A stretch of 64,000 nucleotides of DNA from Candidatus Omnitrophota bacterium (GCA_028716165.1 JAQUQI010000006.1:9401-73400); one strand, 5' to 3'; shown: positions 1-12,045, numbered from the stretch's first letter. Notes: a model not told the origin generated them from the letters alone. Translations and numbers: made by a program.

Positions 1-2039
1 GGACTCACGTAACAGACACTGTTTCGGAGAAGGTTATTGATAACCTGGGCGATTTTAACCCTATTTTTATGATGGCGGATTCCGGCGCGCGCGGCTCCAA
101 ACAGCAGATCAGACAGCTTGCGGGCATGAGAGGGCTTATGGCCAAGCCGTCGGGAGATATTATAGAATATCCTATTACCGCCAATTTCAGAGAAGGCCTA
201 ACCGTGTTGGAGTATTTTATTTCCACGCACGGCGCCAGAAAAGGGCTTGCCGATACGGCACTTAAAACAGCCGATTCAGGGTATTTAACAAGAAGACTTG
301 TTGACGTAGCGCAAGATGTTATTATCAACGAAGATGACTGTAAGACATTAAACGGTATATTGATAGGCGCCATTATTGAAGGCGATGAAGTAGTTGTCAG
401 CCTTAAAGAAAGGATTATCGGCAGGGTTGCCTGTGATAATATCGTTGATATAATAACGGATGAATTGATAGTTGAGGCAGGACAGGAAATAGACGAGAAA
501 AAAGCCGACCTAATTGAGACTGCCGGTATTGAACGTATCAGAATCAGGAGCGTTCTGACCTGCGAAGCAAAAAAGGGAGTATGTGTTAAATGCTACGGCA
601 GAAACCTTGCCACAGGCCGGCTTGTTGAAAAAGGAGAGGCTATAGGAATCATCGCCGCGCAGTCTATCGGTGAGCCGGGGACCCAGCTTACAATGAGGAC
701 ATTCCATATAGGGGGTACGGCAAGCAGGGTCGTGGAGCAGGCTTTTATAAAAAGCAGGAATAACGGTATCGTCAAATATCATAATGTTAGAATAGTGGAG
801 AAGGCTGATACCGGTGATATAGTAGTTTTGAATCGCAACGGCCAGGTATCGGTTAATGATGAATCCGGCAGGGAATTTGAGCGTTATCCCGTTCCTCACG
901 GAGCCGTCATAACCGTTAAGGAAAATAAGCAGGTCAAAAAAGACATGATTTTTGTGAAATGGGACCCTTATATGTCTCCTATACTTACCGAAATGGCAGG
1001 CCTGGTAAGGTTTGAGGACATCAGAGAAGGTTTGACCATGCGCCAGGAAACAGACCCCAATACGAGGTTGACAGATACTATCATCATAGAGCACAAGGGC
1101 GAATACCATCCCCAGATCGTTATACAAAATGACAAGAAGGAAGTTGTGGCCCTCTATCCTATACCGGCAGGCGCGCACATACTGGTAAAAGACGGACAGC
1201 ATATAAAGGCAGGTGACTTGCTTGCCAAAACACCGCGCTTGGTTACGAAGACCAGGGATATTACCGGTGGACTGCCCAGGGTAGCGGAGCTTTTTGAGGC
1301 AAGAAGGCCAAAGGACCCCGCTATTATAAGTGAGATTGACGGCATGGTGGAATTTGGCGGTTCCAAAAAAGGCCAAAGGCGTATTATTGTTAAGAGCGAG
1401 ACGGGAATGAAAAAAGAATACTTGATTCCCCACGGCAAACATCTTAACGTGTATAAAGGCGACCGGGTTTATGCCGGACAGCAGCTTGTGGACGGGCCTA
1501 TTGTGCCTCAAGACATACTCCGGGTTTCAGGAGACAAGGCTTTGCAAGAGTATTTGGTAAATGAGGTCCAGGAGGTTTACAGGCTGCAGGGCGTTAAGAT
1601 AAATGACAAACACATAGAGGTTATCGTAAGGCAGATGCTTAAGAAAGTAAAGATTGATGACTCGGGAGACACGGACTTACTGGTCGGATCTCATGTGGAT
1701 AAAATAGAGTTCTATGAAGCAAATCAGAAGGCGAGCAAGAAAAAATTTAAACCTGCCAAGGCTACGCCGATACTACTGGGTATAACCAAAGCGTCTTTAA
1801 GCACGGAGAGTTTTATATCGGCGGCAAGTTTCCAGGAAACCACCCGCATATTGACGGAGGCCGCCACCGGAGGCAAAATAGACCATCTCACCGGACTTAA
1901 GGAAAATGTTATTATGGGCCATCTTATACCGGCCGGAACGGGTTTTCCTGATAATAAGGAAATTGATATCGTTAAGAATATTGATATTATGGAAAGCGCC
2001 AGAAAAGAGCTTGAGAAAGAGGCTAAAGAGACAGTCTAA
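1..2039 (+). CDS. rpoC: DNA-directed RNA polymerase beta' subunit, C-terminal part; 5' end lies upstream of the window, codon phase from nt 3
   Basis: In-frame translation from nt 3 gives [14 protein letters not shown]...[15 protein letters not shown]...[36 protein letters not shown], the conserved beta' trigger-loop/C-terminal region; stop at 2037-2039. Confidence 0.95.
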   Translation, partial: THVTDTVSEKVIDNLGDFNPIFMMADSGARGSKQQIRQLAGMRGLMAKPSGDIIEYPITANFREGLTVLEYFISTHGARKGLADTALKTADSGYLTRRLVDVAQDVIINEDDCKTLNGILIGAIIEGDEVVVSLKERIIGRVACDNIVDIITDELIVEAGQEIDEKKADLIETAGIERIRIRSVLTCEAKKGVCVKCYGRNLATGRLVEKGEAIGIIAAQSIGEPGTQLTMRTFHIGGTASRVVEQAFIKSRNNGIVKYHNVRIVEKADTGDIVVLNRNGQVSVNDESGREFERYPVPHGAVITVKENKQVKKDMIFVKWDPYMSPILTEMAGLVRFEDIREGLTMRQETDPNTRLTDTIIIEHKGEYHPQIVIQNDKKEVVALYPIPAGAHILVKDGQHIKAGDLLAKTPRLVTKTRDITGGLPRVAELFEARRPKDPAIISEIDGMVEFGGSKKGQRRIIVKSETGMKKEYLIPHGKHLNVYKGDRVYAGQQLVDGPIVPQDILRVSGDKALQEYLVNEVQEVYRLQGVKINDKHIEVIVRQMLKKVKIDDSGDTDLLVGSHVDKIEFYEANQKASKKKFKPAKATPILLGITKASLSTESFISAASFQETTRILTEAATGGKIDHLTGLKENVIMGHLIPAGTGFPDNKEIDIVKNIDIMESARKELEKEAKETV

Positions 2040-2146
2040 CACGCCTTTCGCGATACGTATTGCCAAAGGGTTATGAAGTGTTGTTATAACAGGTTTGACG
2101 GCCGTAAGACTTGCCAAGGCCGATACGGTAAACACATGAGGGATAT

Positions 2147-2533
2147 ATGCCGACAATTAACCAGCTTATAAGAAACGGAAGAAGGCTCGTAACATCAAAG
2201 ACAAAATCTCCGGCTCTTAAGTCGTCGCCGCAGAGAAGAGGCGTCTGCCTCCAGGTGAAGACCCAGACCCCGAAGAAGCCTAACTCGGCGCTTAGAAAGA
2301 TTGCCAGGGTCAGGCTTACCAATAATATAGAGGTTACGGCATATATACCCGGAGAAGGCCATAATCTTCAAGAACACTCAATAGTCCTGGTAAGAGGCGG
2401 CAGGGTAAAAGATCTGCCTGGGGTGCGTTATCATATTGTAAGGGGTATACTTGATACGCAGGGGGTATCAAATAGAAAAAAGAGCCGTTCCAAATACGGC
2501 GCCAAGAAACCCAAGGCGACTACGGCGGCTTGA
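2147..2533 (+). CDS. rpsL: 30S ribosomal protein S12
   Basis: [12 protein letters not shown]...[10 protein letters not shown]...[19 protein letters not shown] is the canonical S12 sequence; str-operon position before rpsG/fusA/tuf. Confidence 0.97.
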   Translation: MPTINQLIRNGRRLVTSKTKSPALKSSPQRRGVCLQVKTQTPKKPNSALRKIARVRLTNNIEVTAYIPGEGHNLQEHSIVLVRGGRVKDLPGVRYHIVRGILDTQGVSNRKKSRSKYGAKKPKATTAA

Positions 2534-2590
2534 CGGTGTTTGAAATTTTTTTCATTAAAACAGTAAAAACCGAATTGACAAGGGTGAACA

Positions 2591-3061
2591 ATGAGAAGAA
2601 GAAGGGCTGAAAAAAGAAGGGTATTACCTGATCCTAAATATAAATCAGAGATGGTTTCAAAGTTTATCAATATTGTTATGGAGAGAGGCAAGAAAGCGAC
2701 CGCCGAAACCATTGTTTATGATGCTTTTGAGATATTGAAAGAAAAGGCCGGTAAGCCAAATATCCTTGAATTGTTCCAGCAGGTCCTTGATAACGTAAGG
2801 CCTATGCTTGAATTAAAATCTAGGCGCGTGGGAGGCGCCACGTATCAGGTTCCGGTTGAGGTGACGCAGGCCAGAGGCATTGCCATTGCTATGAGGTGGC
2901 TTAGAAATTTCGCCAGACAACGCAAGGGCGGGCCTATGAGCCAAAGATTAGGCGGCGAGCTTGTGGATGCCTATCAAAAACAAGGCTCGGCTATAAAGAA
3001 GAGAGAAGACACGCACAAGATGGCAGAAGCCAATAAGGCATTCAGCCATTTTAAATGGTGA
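2591..3061 (+). CDS. rpsG: 30S ribosomal protein S7
   Basis: 156 aa; VLPDPKY...[27 protein letters not shown]7 signature; sits between rpsL and fusA. Confidence 0.96.
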   Translation: MRRRRAEKRRVLPDPKYKSEMVSKFINIVMERGKKATAETIVYDAFEILKEKAGKPNILELFQQVLDNVRPMLELKSRRVGGATYQVPVEVTQARGIAIAMRWLRNFARQRKGGPMSQRLGGELVDAYQKQGSAIKKREDTHKMAEANKAFSHFKW

Positions 3062-3169
3062 AATAAAATACAGGTTGCCGGTTATGGATATCTATTTCCG
3101 GCTGATAATTTTGGAACCGGACACCTTATTATGTTGACAGTATTGGACAAGCCCGTACAGGCAGGTAAA

Positions 3170-5245
3170 ATGAAACAGATAAATACCTTGCATAATCTGC
3201 GCAATATAGGCATAATGGCGCACATAGATGCCGGCAAGACAACAACTACCGAGAGGATGTTGTTTCTCGCGGGCAGGATATACAGGGTAGGCGCTGTTGA
3301 TGATGGAACGGCAACCATGGATTGGATGAGACAGGAGCAGGAAAGAGGCATCACGATAACCTCGGCAAGTACTGCCTGCAAATGGAAAGACTGCGATATA
3401 AATATTATAGATACCCCCGGGCACGTGGATTTTACCGTTGAGGTTGAGAGGTCATTGAGGGTGTTAGACGGCGGGATTGTGGTTTTTTGCGCTGTGGGCG
3501 GGGTTGAACCTCAAAGCGAGACCGTTTGGAGACAGGCCGATACGTATAAAGTCCCCAGGATCGCTTATATCAATAAGATGGATCGCTTAGGTGCTGATTT
3601 TTTTTCGGTGGTAAAACAGATCCGCGAATATCTTGGGGCCAAGGCGGTGCCCATTCAAGTGCCTATAGGGTCGGAAGCGGGATTTAAGGGTATGATAGAT
3701 TTGATTGAGAAAAAAGCTTATATATTCAAAAATGACGATATTAATGAAAAGCCCTATGATGTGACCGATATCCCGGATGAGTATAAGGAGGTGTCCTGCC
3801 GTCTAAGGCGTGAACTGCTTGAAGCTGTTTCAGATATAGATGAGAATATTATGAACAAATACCTGGATGATGAGTCCGAAATATCAGGTAACGAGATCAG
3901 GCAGGCCTTAAGGACAGGCGTATTAAGGCTTAAGATAGTGCCCGTATTGTGCGGCTGTTCGCTCCAGGGTAAAGGCGTTGGTTTATTGCTTGATGCGGTT
4001 TGCGACTATTTGCCTTCGCCTGTTGACGTTCCTGCCATTGAAGGCGTAGATCCGCGGGATGGGTCTGTTAAAAAACGTAAACCGTCAAAAAACGAACCGT
4101 TTGCCGGGCTTGTTTTTAAGATAGCAACAGATCCGTATGTCGGTAAGTTAGCCTATTTCAGGGTATATTCGGGTTTTATACAGCAGGGTCAGAATGTCTA
4201 TAACGCGGCCAAGGGTTTCAAGGAAAAAGTCACCAAGATAGTTAAGATGCACGCGAACAAGCAGGAAATAAAAGATACAGTCAGCGCCGGCGATATAGCC
4301 GCGGCCGTGGGATTTAAGGATACCAAGACGGGCGATACCATATGCGAAGAAAAACAGCCCGTTATTTTAGAGAGCATACATTTTCCTGAACCTGTTCTTT
4401 TTGTGGCAATAGAGCCGAAATCAACAAAAGACCAGGACAGGCTTGGCATTGTATTGAAAAAACTGGAGGAAGAAGACCCGTCGTTTAACGCCAGATACAA
4501 TTCAGATACAGGTCAAACGATAATAGGCGGCATGGGAGAACTGCACCTGGATATTCTGCTTGACAGGATGGACAGGGAATTCGGCGTTAAGGCAAACACC
4601 GGCAAGCCCGAGGTTGCTTATAAGGAGACATTACGTAACAGGGTAAGTTCAGTCGGCAAGTTCATACAACAGACGGGCGGGCACGGACAGTATGGACACG
4701 TTGTTTTTGACGTGGAGACAGGCGAAAGGGGTTCGGGTGTTGTTTTTGAGAATAGGATCAAAGGGGCTGTGATACCTAAAGAATTTATTCCATCCGTCAA
4801 GGAAGGGGTTATGGACGCGGCAAGGAACGGTGTTCTCGCCGGTTATCCGGTGACGGATATTTATGTTAAACTGATTGACGGTTCATACCATGATGTGGAC
4901 TCATCGGAATTAGCGTTTAAGACAGCGGCATCCATTGCCTTAAACGACGCCTTGCGAAAAGGCGGCTCCATACTGCTTGAACCCATTATGAAAATAGAGA
5001 TAACGGTTCCTGAAAGTTTTTTAGGCGATGTAATAGGCGATTTTAATGCCAGGAGAGGTAAGATAGAATCCATAAAGCCCAAAGGTAATATACAGGCTGT
5101 TAAAGGTTTTGTGCCTCTGTCGGAAACGTTTGGCTATGCCACTATATTAAGAAGCTTGACTCAAGGCCGTGGAACATATATAATGGAGCCCGCTTATTAC
5201 AGCGAAGTGCCGTCTTTTATTGCAGGCAGAATAATAAATTTTTAA
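3170..5245 (+). CDS. fusA: Elongation factor G (start taken at the internal Met MKQINTL...; the ORF-track start at 3131 has no RBS)
   Basis: NIGIMAHIDAGKTTTTERMLF G1 motif, DTPGHVDFTVEVERS; length and str-operon position. Confidence 0.95.
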   Translation: MKQINTLHNLRNIGIMAHIDAGKTTTTERMLFLAGRIYRVGAVDDGTATMDWMRQEQERGITITSASTACKWKDCDINIIDTPGHVDFTVEVERSLRVLDGGIVVFCAVGGVEPQSETVWRQADTYKVPRIAYINKMDRLGADFFSVVKQIREYLGAKAVPIQVPIGSEAGFKGMIDLIEKKAYIFKNDDINEKPYDVTDIPDEYKEVSCRLRRELLEAVSDIDENIMNKYLDDESEISGNEIRQALRTGVLRLKIVPVLCGCSLQGKGVGLLLDAVCDYLPSPVDVPAIEGVDPRDGSVKKRKPSKNEPFAGLVFKIATDPYVGKLAYFRVYSGFIQQGQNVYNAAKGFKEKVTKIVKMHANKQEIKDTVSAGDIAAAVGFKDTKTGDTICEEKQPVILESIHFPEPVLFVAIEPKSTKDQDRLGIVLKKLEEEDPSFNARYNSDTGQTIIGGMGELHLDILLDRMDREFGVKANTGKPEVAYKETLRNRVSSVGKFIQQTGGHGQYGHVVFDVETGERGSGVVFENRIKGAVIPKEFIPSVKEGVMDAARNGVLAGYPVTDIYVKLIDGSYHDVDSSELAFKTAASIALNDALRKGGSILLEPIMKIEITVPESFLGDVIGDFNARRGKIESIKPKGNIQAVKGFVPLSETFGYATILRSLTQGRGTYIMEPAYYSEVPSFIAGRIINF

Positions 5246-5263
5246 AAAAAGGAGATAGTCCAA

Positions 5264-6466
5264 ATGGCAAAAGAAAAATTCTTGAGAACGAAACCCCATC
5301 TCAATATCGGGACCATAGGGCACGTGGACCACGGTAAGACGACCCTTACGTCAGCTATCACGATGTGCCTTAATAAAAAGGGTATGGCTGAAATTCGTTC
5401 ATTTGATTCCATTGACAAGGCCCCTGAAGAAAAAGAGCGCGGCATAACCATTGCCATAGCCCACGTTGAGTATGAGACGGTAAACCGTCACTATGCCCAC
5501 GTGGACTGCCCAGGCCACGCTGATTACATAAAGAACATGATAACAGGCGCCGCCCAGATGGATGGCGCTATACTTGTTGTCTCGGCAGCTGACGGACCTA
5601 TGCCCCAGACAAGAGAGCACATACTTCTTGCCCGCCAGGTCAATGTCCCTTCCATAGTTGTTTTTCTTAACAAGGTTGACATGGTTGATGACAAAGAGCT
5701 TTTAGACCTTGTTGAGCTTGAGATCAGAGAATTGCTTTCAAAATACGAATTCCCAGGCGATAAGATACCCATAGTAAAAGGTTCCGCTCTCAAGGCCATA
5801 GAATGCGCCTGCGGTAAGGATGACTGCCCCAAATGCAAACCTATATATGACCTCATGAAGGCAGTTGACGATTTTATACCAATGCCGAAAAGAGACATTG
5901 ATAAGCCATACCTTATGGCTGTTGAAGACGTGTTCTCCATAACAGGAAGAGGCACCGTTGCCACTGGCAGGATAGAAAGAGGCATTGTTAAGATTAATGA
6001 TAATATAGAGATAATAGGCATGCGCCCTGAAGTCCAGAAGTCTGTTGTAACAGGGGTTGAGATGTTCAGGAAACTCCTTGACGAAGGCCAGGCAGGCGAT
6101 AATGTGGGCATACTGTTAAGGGGCGTAGATAAAAAAGACATTGAGAGAGGCATGGTACTTGCCAAGCCGGGTTCTATCACGCCGCATACCCAGTTCAAGG
6201 CCGAGGTTTATATTCTTACGAAAGAAGAAGGCGGACGCCATACCCCGTTCTTTAACGGATACCGTCCGCAGTTTTATTTTAGGACAACCGATGTCACGGG
6301 AATAGCCAAACTGCCCCAGGGCGTTGAGATGGTAATGCCTGGTGATAGTGTCACCATGGAAGTAACGCTTATAACCCCGATAGCCATGGAAAAGGAACTG
6401 CGTTTTGCCATAAGGGAAGGCGGCAGGACAGTCGGGGCCGGCGTCATAAGCGAGATAATAAAATAA
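5264..6466 (+). CDS. tuf: Elongation factor Tu
   Basis: [49 protein letters not shown]; 400 aa; follows fusA. Confidence 0.97.
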   Translation: MAKEKFLRTKPHLNIGTIGHVDHGKTTLTSAITMCLNKKGMAEIRSFDSIDKAPEEKERGITIAIAHVEYETVNRHYAHVDCPGHADYIKNMITGAAQMDGAILVVSAADGPMPQTREHILLARQVNVPSIVVFLNKVDMVDDKELLDLVELEIRELLSKYEFPGDKIPIVKGSALKAIECACGKDDCPKCKPIYDLMKAVDDFIPMPKRDIDKPYLMAVEDVFSITGRGTVATGRIERGIVKINDNIEIIGMRPEVQKSVVTGVEMFRKLLDEGQAGDNVGILLRGVDKKDIERGMVLAKPGSITPHTQFKAEVYILTKEEGGRHTPFFNGYRPQFYFRTTDVTGIAKLPQGVEMVMPGDSVTMEVTLITPIAMEKELRFAIREGGRTVGAGVISEIIK

Positions 6467-6583
6467 GGCCGGCATATCCGGATCGGGATTTTGTGACTAT
6501 ACCGGATAATTAATCAAGCGGTAGAACCGCTATCAGTTCCGGCAGTTTAGAAAGAGTCTGCCGGCAGACGGGAAAAGCGAGAG

Positions 6584-6892
6584 ATGAAAACAGACCAGAA
6601 GATCCGCATAAGATTAAGGGCTTATGACCACAGGATATTGGACCAGGCGACGGCTGATATTACGGAGACCGCCAAACGCACGGGTGCTAAGGTAATAGGC
6701 CCGATACCTCTTCCGACGAGAAGAGAGGATTACACTGTATTGAGGGGCCCGCATATTGATAAAAAGTCCAGGGACCAGTATCAGATCAAAACGCATAAGC
6801 GTTTGATAGATATATATGAGCCTACTGCCAAGACTATTGACGCGTTAAAGAAATTGGACCTTGCCGCCGGCGTTGATGTTGAAATAAAATAG
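6584..6892 (+). CDS. rpsJ: 30S ribosomal protein S10
   Basis: [15 protein letters not shown]...[38 protein letters not shown]; first gene of the S10 operon. Confidence 0.96.
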   Translation: MKTDQKIRIRLRAYDHRILDQATADITETAKRTGAKVIGPIPLPTRREDYTVLRGPHIDKKSRDQYQIKTHKRLIDIYEPTAKTIDALKKLDLAAGVDVEIK

Positions 6893-7011
6893 GCCTCTTA
6901 GCTGATAAAATGCCCGTGTAAAACCAATACCTCTTGGAGTACACAGATCATAACGGCGTATTAGTTTTGGCTTGGCTAAAAAGTATTATAGAAAACAAAT
7001 AGGATTATTAA

Positions 7012-7719
7012 ATGATTAACGGTATATTAGGCAAAAAACTGGGTATGACACAGATTTACGGCAAAGGCGGAGAGTTTTTGCCTGTAACCGTGGTCCAGGC
7101 AGGGCCATGCGTTGTTTTACAGGTCAAGTCTTATGAAAAAGACGGTTATAAAGCCGTTCAGTTAGGTTTTGATGAAAAGAAGCAGTCCCGTACCAACAAA
7201 CCTCTTATGGGAAGATTTAAAAAGGCGAATGTTCCAGCGATGTCGTTTATCAAGGAGGTAACTGCTGATACCGTTGAAGGCATAAAACCGGCCGATAAAT
7301 TCACGGTAGACATATTTACGCCGGGCGAATATGTGGATGTTATAGGTACTTCAATAGGCAAAGGTTTCCAGGGCGGTATCAAAAGATGGAACCAGTCGCG
7401 AGGGCCGATGTCGCACGGTTCTATGTCCCATAGAGCTCCGGGCTCTGTAGGGCCGACGGAGCCGCCTCGTACCATCAAGGGCCTGCGTATGCCAAGCCAT
7501 ATGGGCAATAAGAGGTGCACGGTCCAGGGGCTTGAGGTGATTGAGCTTGATAAAGAAAATAATCTGCTTTTGCTTAAAGGCGCCGTACCAGGGCCTGCGA
7601 ATAATTATCTTATTATTAACAAGTCTACGAGGAAGAAGAAGAAAGTCAAACCCGCAGCAGCGCCTGCTGCTAAGAAGATCAATCCTCTGAAACAAAGCAA
7701 GAAGATGATGAAGAAATAG
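7012..7719 (+). CDS. rplC: 50S ribosomal protein L3 (Lys/Ala-rich C-terminal tail)
   Basis: MINGILGKKLGMTQIY...VTVVQAGPC; S10-operon order. Confidence 0.95.
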   Translation: MINGILGKKLGMTQIYGKGGEFLPVTVVQAGPCVVLQVKSYEKDGYKAVQLGFDEKKQSRTNKPLMGRFKKANVPAMSFIKEVTADTVEGIKPADKFTVDIFTPGEYVDVIGTSIGKGFQGGIKRWNQSRGPMSHGSMSHRAPGSVGPTEPPRTIKGLRMPSHMGNKRCTVQGLEVIELDKENNLLLLKGAVPGPANNYLIINKSTRKKKKVKPAAAPAAKKINPLKQSKKMMKK

Positions 7720-7726
7720 GTGATAA

Positions 7727-8404
7727 ATGGCTAATATTGATGTGATTGATAAAAACAATAAAAAAACGGGTGTTTTGGAGTTGAATGAAAAAATATTCAA
7801 TTCCAGGGTCAATGCTTTTATGCTTCAGCAGGCTGTGAACATGTATCTTGCCAATCAGCGCAAATCCTTTGCCAAGGTCAAAGACAGAAGCGAGGTCAGA
7901 GGCGGAGGCAAAAAGCCATGGAAGCAGAAGGGGACCGGCAGGGCGCGTGTGGGAAGTATCCGTTCGCCCTTGTGGAGGCACGGAGGCGTTGTGTTTGGAC
8001 CCATACCCAAGGATTGGCATTATCAGGTTCCGAAAAAAGTCAAAAGCAGGGCTTTGATATCGTCATTAAGCGCTAAATTCAAAAGCGGTAATATGATTGT
8101 AATTGACAAGCTTGATACGGCAACACATAAAACCAAGCAGATGGCTGATATATTGAAAAACTTAAAAATCGCCTCCGAAAAAATACTGCTCATTGCTTCA
8201 CAGCCGCATGTAAACCTGCTTCGCTCCGGCAGGAACATAAGAAATCTGAACATAGCCAGGGTTGAGGATATAAACGCTTACGATGTCCTGGTAAGCGGAA
8301 AGCTTTTATTTGAGGAATCAGCAGTCGGCAAAATAGAGAAACGTTTAAGCGCGCATAGCTCGCCGGATAGGCCTAAACGCGGCGCGGGGAAAAAGGTGGC
8401 ATAA
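7727..8404 (+). CDS. rplD: 50S ribosomal protein L4
   Basis: SEVRGGGKKPWKQKGTGRARVGSIRSPLWRHGGVVFGP conserved L4 core; operon position. Confidence 0.95.
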   Translation: MANIDVIDKNNKKTGVLELNEKIFNSRVNAFMLQQAVNMYLANQRKSFAKVKDRSEVRGGGKKPWKQKGTGRARVGSIRSPLWRHGGVVFGPIPKDWHYQVPKKVKSRALISSLSAKFKSGNMIVIDKLDTATHKTKQMADILKNLKIASEKILLIASQPHVNLLRSGRNIRNLNIARVEDINAYDVLVSGKLLFEESAVGKIEKRLSAHSSPDRPKRGAGKKVA

Positions 8405-8405
8405 A

Positions 8406-8693
8406 ATGTATGATAGCCCGTATGACATCATAAAGAGCCTGTTGAGGACCGAGAAGGGGACAAAGCTCGTATCAGAGAATAAATATATTTTTTGGGTCGC
8501 GAAAAAGGCCAATAAGATACAGATTAAAAAAGCTGTTGAGGGTGTGTATAAAGTAGGCGTTGTTTCCGTTAATACGTCTAATGTTAAACCAAAACCCAAA
8601 AAAGTCCGTTTTAAGCTGGGAAAAACTTCTCCATGGAAAAAAGCGGTAGTTACGCTTAAAAAAGGCAATACCATAGAGATGGCTTCAAGCTGA
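8406..8693 (+). CDS. rplW: 50S ribosomal protein L23
   Basis: 95 aa; LRTEKGTKL...WKKAVVTLKKG; sits between rplD and rplB. Confidence 0.93.
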   Translation: MYDSPYDIIKSLLRTEKGTKLVSENKYIFWVAKKANKIQIKKAVEGVYKVGVVSVNTSNVKPKPKKVRFKLGKTSPWKKAVVTLKKGNTIEMASS

Positions 8694-8826
8694 CAGGAAG
8701 CTTTTGTTTTTAAGCGGGGCATTTTCCCTCTTGCTGGTGATTATAAAATTTTAGATGCCGTTTGAGGCCTCAAGGCCCTAAAACGGAATATAAGGTGCAA
8801 ACGTTCTTATTTAAGGAAAAAAATCA

Positions 8827-9660
8827 ATGGCGCTAATTAAAAAGAAACCAACGACATTTACTCAAAGATTTACAACGGTCTCTTCATTTGAGGAGCTGAC
8901 ATCAGACAGGCCTTATAAGCCTTTGACGATTGCTTTGAAAAGCAAAGGCGGAAGAAACTGCATGGGAAGGGTTACGATGCGGTACAGGGGCGGCGGGCAT
9001 AAAAGGCGCCTTCGTATAATTGATTTTAAAAGAGATAAACACGATATGCAGGCGCAGGTATTGACCGTGGAATATGACCCGAACCGTTCCGCCAGGATTG
9101 CCCTGGTGCAATACGAAGACGGTGAAAAACGTTATATCATATGCCCGGCAGGCCTTGAGAAGGGGGCAGTATTGGTGTCAGGGGATTCGGCTGACATACA
9201 TATCGGTAATTGCACCACGCTAAGGAGGATACCGCCGGGAACCCCTATCCACAATATTGAAATGTCAAAAGGCGCAGGCGCCCAGATAGTTCGCAGTGCC
9301 GGTTCTTGCGCGCAGATCATGGCCAAGGACGACAACTATGCGCATGTCAAACTGCCTTCAGGAGAAATACGGCTTATAGACATAAATTGTTATGCCACGA
9401 TAGGCCAGATAAGCAATATTGAACATGGCAGCATCTCGCTTGGAAAGGCGGGCAGGAGCAGATGGCTGGGCAGAAGGCCCAGGGTCAGAGGGGTCGCGAT
9501 GAACCCGATAGACCATCCGCTCGGCGGCGGTGAAGGCAAATCTTCAGGCGGCAGGCATCCGTCAACTCCATGGGGTAAGCCCACAAAAGGATATAAGACA
9601 AGAAAGAAGAAAAAGAGCTCAAATAAATTTATTATTAAAAGGGCATCTAAAAAGGAGTAA
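8827..9660 (+). CDS. rplB: 50S ribosomal protein L2
   Basis: [20 protein letters not shown]...[13 protein letters not shown]...[16 protein letters not shown]...KTRKKKK. Confidence 0.97.
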   Translation: MALIKKKPTTFTQRFTTVSSFEELTSDRPYKPLTIALKSKGGRNCMGRVTMRYRGGGHKRRLRIIDFKRDKHDMQAQVLTVEYDPNRSARIALVQYEDGEKRYIICPAGLEKGAVLVSGDSADIHIGNCTTLRRIPPGTPIHNIEMSKGAGAQIVRSAGSCAQIMAKDDNYAHVKLPSGEIRLIDINCYATIGQISNIEHGSISLGKAGRSRWLGRRPRVRGVAMNPIDHPLGGGEGKSSGGRHPSTPWGKPTKGYKTRKKKKSSNKFIIKRASKKE

Positions 9661-9665
9661 AAAAA

Positions 9666-9950
9666 TTGGGCAGATCGCTTAAAAAAGGTCCGTACGCGGA
9701 TGAAAAACTCGTAAAGAAGGTTGAAAAGCTCAAGAGGAGCGGTGACAGGAAACCCATAAAAACCTGGTCTCGCAGATCAACCATACTGCCGGAATTCGTG
9801 GGAGTGACTTTCTCCATACATAACGGTAAGAATTTTGTGTCGGTTTTTATAACAGAAAATATGGTCGGGCATAAACTCGGCGAATTCGCGCATACCAGAT
9901 TGTTCAGAAAACACGGCGCGCATACCGATAAGACGGCCTCGCTTACATAA
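9666..9950 (+). CDS. rpsS: 30S ribosomal protein S19
   Basis: GRSLKKGPY...[46 protein letters not shown]. Confidence 0.97.
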   Translation: MGRSLKKGPYADEKLVKKVEKLKRSGDRKPIKTWSRRSTILPEFVGVTFSIHNGKNFVSVFITENMVGHKLGEFAHTRLFRKHGAHTDKTASLT

Positions 9951-9960
9951 GGGACATAAA

Positions 9961-10422
9961 ATGATATCAAAGGCTGTTTTGAAATATTCAAGAGTATCTC
10001 CAAGAAAGGCAAGGTTGTTGTTGAGGCTTATAAAAGGCAAAAGCGTGCAGTATGCCTTAGGATTGCTTGGCTCCGTTAATAATAGCATTGCTCCTTTAGT
10101 ATTAAGGCTTTTGAAATCAGCCTGTGCTAATGCCGGAAGATTCCCTGATATAGATGAGAGTCAATTATTCGTGTCTAATGTATATGCCAACGGCGGGCCC
10201 TTGTTAAAGCGCTATAGGGCGGAGGCCATGGGCCGCGCTAGCGTTTTGCGAAAACCCACCGCCCATATAACCATAGAGCTGGATATCAAGGCAGTCCCGT
10301 CTAAGGCTGTGATGCCGGCGGATAAAAACAAAAAAAGCGCAGGCAAGGTTCTAAGAAAGCGCAGGCCTGGCAAGGAAAACGTAAAACAGGCGGCAGACCC
10401 GAAAAAGAAGGCCAGAGTTTAA
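9961..10422 (+). CDS. rplV: 50S ribosomal protein L22 (Lys-rich C-terminal extension of about 40 aa)
   Basis: RVSPRKARLLLRLIKGKSV..ALGLL; S10-operon order. Confidence 0.93.
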   Translation: MISKAVLKYSRVSPRKARLLLRLIKGKSVQYALGLLGSVNNSIAPLVLRLLKSACANAGRFPDIDESQLFVSNVYANGGPLLKRYRAEAMGRASVLRKPTAHITIELDIKAVPSKAVMPADKNKKSAGKVLRKRRPGKENVKQAADPKKKARV

Positions 10423-10514
10423 TATAGATTATTAATGTGTTGAGTTCATTTGCCGGCATGAAACAACATATCGGCTAATGCGTAAAATTCGCATACAAAT
10501 TTGAGGAGTATAAC

Positions 10515-11198
10515 GTGGGCCATAAATCACACCCTTACGGTTTAAGAGTAGGCATCGTAAACAACTGGAAATCCAGGTGGTTTGCCAAGAGGAAAGACTA
10601 CCCGTCAATGCTTTTGGAGGACCATAAGATAAAAGAATACATAAAGAAGACTTTCCAGACGGCTGCCGTATCCAGGATTGAAATTGAACGCGCTAGCGAG
10701 AGGGTCAGGGTTATAATATTCAGTGCCAGGCCCGGTATCATTATAGGGCGCAAAGGCGCTGATATAGACAGGCTAAAAGAAGAATTAAACAAGATCACCG
10801 GCAAAGAGATTTTTATAGACATCAAGGAAATTAAAAATCCGTATTTGGAATCCCAGCTTGTTGCCGAGAATATCGCATTCCAGCTGGAAAAAAGAATCGC
10901 TTTTAAAAGGGCCATGAAAAAGGCCATTCAGCAGGCAATGGAGGGCGGCGCCAAGGGTATCAGGATGCAGTGCGCCGGGCGATTAGGCGGCGCTGAAATA
11001 GCAAGGACGGAGGGCTATAGACGCGGCAGTATACCTTTGCAGACATTCAGGGCCAATATTGATTACGGTTTTTATGAGGCCCATACAGCATATGGTAGTA
11101 TAGGCGTTAAGGTCTGGATATACAAAGACGAAGCGAAGCAGAGTTCAAGAGATAAAAAGGAGGCGGATTTAGATGGCCTTGATGCCAAAAAGAGTTAA
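10515..11198 (+). CDS. rpsC: 30S ribosomal protein S3 (GTG start, RBS gaggag 6 nt upstream)
   Basis: [24 protein letters not shown]...KH domain [14 protein letters not shown]...[27 protein letters not shown]. Confidence 0.96.
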   Translation: MGHKSHPYGLRVGIVNNWKSRWFAKRKDYPSMLLEDHKIKEYIKKTFQTAAVSRIEIERASERVRVIIFSARPGIIIGRKGADIDRLKEELNKITGKEIFIDIKEIKNPYLESQLVAENIAFQLEKRIAFKRAMKKAIQQAMEGGAKGIRMQCAGRLGGAEIARTEGYRRGSIPLQTFRANIDYGFYEAHTAYGSIGVKVWIYKDEAKQSSRDKKEADLDGLDAKKS

Positions 11199-11589
11199 AT
11201 ATCGTAAAGCCCAAAGGGGCCGGCGTTGCGGAATTGCAAGTTCAGGTAATGAAATAAATTTCGGTGAATTTGGACTGAAGGCGCTTGAAAACGCATGGCT
11301 TACAAATACCCAGATAGAGGCCGCGCGAGTTGCCCTTAGCAGGCATACCAACAGGGGTGGCAAGGTTTGGATCAGGATATTTCCCGACAAACCCGTGACA
11401 AAGAAGCCGGCAGAAACCAGAATGGGCAAGGGTAAAGGTATGCCCGAGAGCTGGGTTGCCGTTGTCAAAAGAGGAAGGGTGCTTATGGAGATTGAGGGGC
11501 TTCCGGAGGATATGGCCCGTGATGCTATGAGGCTCTCTGCCAGTAAGCTGCCTTTTAGAACCAAGTTTGTTTCAAGGAGACATATTTAA
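11173..11589 (+). CDS. rplP: 50S ribosomal protein L16
   Basis: [19 protein letters not shown]...[27 protein letters not shown]. Confidence 0.96.
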   Translation: MALMPKRVKYRKAQRGRRCGIASSGNEINFGEFGLKALENAWLTNTQIEAARVALSRHTNRGGKVWIRIFPDKPVTKKPAETRMGKGKGMPESWVAVVKRGRVLMEIEGLPEDMARDAMRLSASKLPFRTKFVSRRHI

Positions 11590-11783
11590 TGAAGCCCAGT
11601 GATTTAAGAGCTTTGACAAAGGACGAGTTGAACCTTAAGATGTCGTCTTTCAAAGAAGAACTTTCAGGCCTGCTTTTTCAGCAAAAGACGGGCACTATAG
11701 AGAAACCGGCCAGGATATCGCAAATCAAAAGAGACATCGCGAGGATAAAGACTATATTAAAGGAAAACAGCTATGCAAAATAA
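11589..11783 (+). CDS. rpmC: 50S ribosomal protein L29
   Basis: 64 aa; [30 protein letters not shown]; TAATG overlap with rplP. Confidence 0.92.
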   Translation: MKPSDLRALTKDELNLKMSSFKEELSGLLFQQKTGTIEKPARISQIKRDIARIKTILKENSYAK

Positions 11784-12045
11784 TGCCGAGAAAGCCAAGG
11801 TCCGCAGGATGTTTGACGGCACCGTTACAAGTGACAAGATGGACAAGACGATAGTTGTAAGCGTGATGAGTTTTTCCCGTCATCCGAAATACAAAAAGAC
11901 CATGAAGCGATATGTGAAGTTTAAGGTTCATGATGAAGGAAACGAGGCGAAGGAGGGCGATAGGGTAAGGATTGTTGAGACAAGGCCGCTCTCCAGGGAT
12001 AAGAGGTGGCGCCTGGTTGAAATATTGGAGAAGAATATACAATGA
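11773..12045 (+). CDS. rpsQ: 30S ribosomal protein S17
   Basis: [16 protein letters not shown]...[38 protein letters not shown]. Confidence 0.94.
   Translation: MQNNAEKAKVRRMFDGTVTSDKMDKTIVVSVMSFSRHPKYKKTMKRYVKFKVHDEGNEAKEGDRVRIVETRPLSRDKRWRLVEILEKNIQ

Noticed and set aside
510-1511. 333-aa ORF on the minus strand inside rpoC
   Set aside because: Antisense shadow ORF of a highly conserved coding region. No RBS or recognisable domain; the rpoC reading frame explains the sequence.
5524-6198. 224-aa minus-strand ORF inside tuf
   Set aside because: Shadow ORF in a Ser/Thr-rich frame opposite EF-Tu. Low-complexity translation with no family resemblance.
6467-6583. Possible terminator/attenuator hairpin after tuf (ccggcatatccgg...gattttgtg)
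   Set aside because: The stem is only 4 bp with a weak U-tract. Not convincing enough to annotate.
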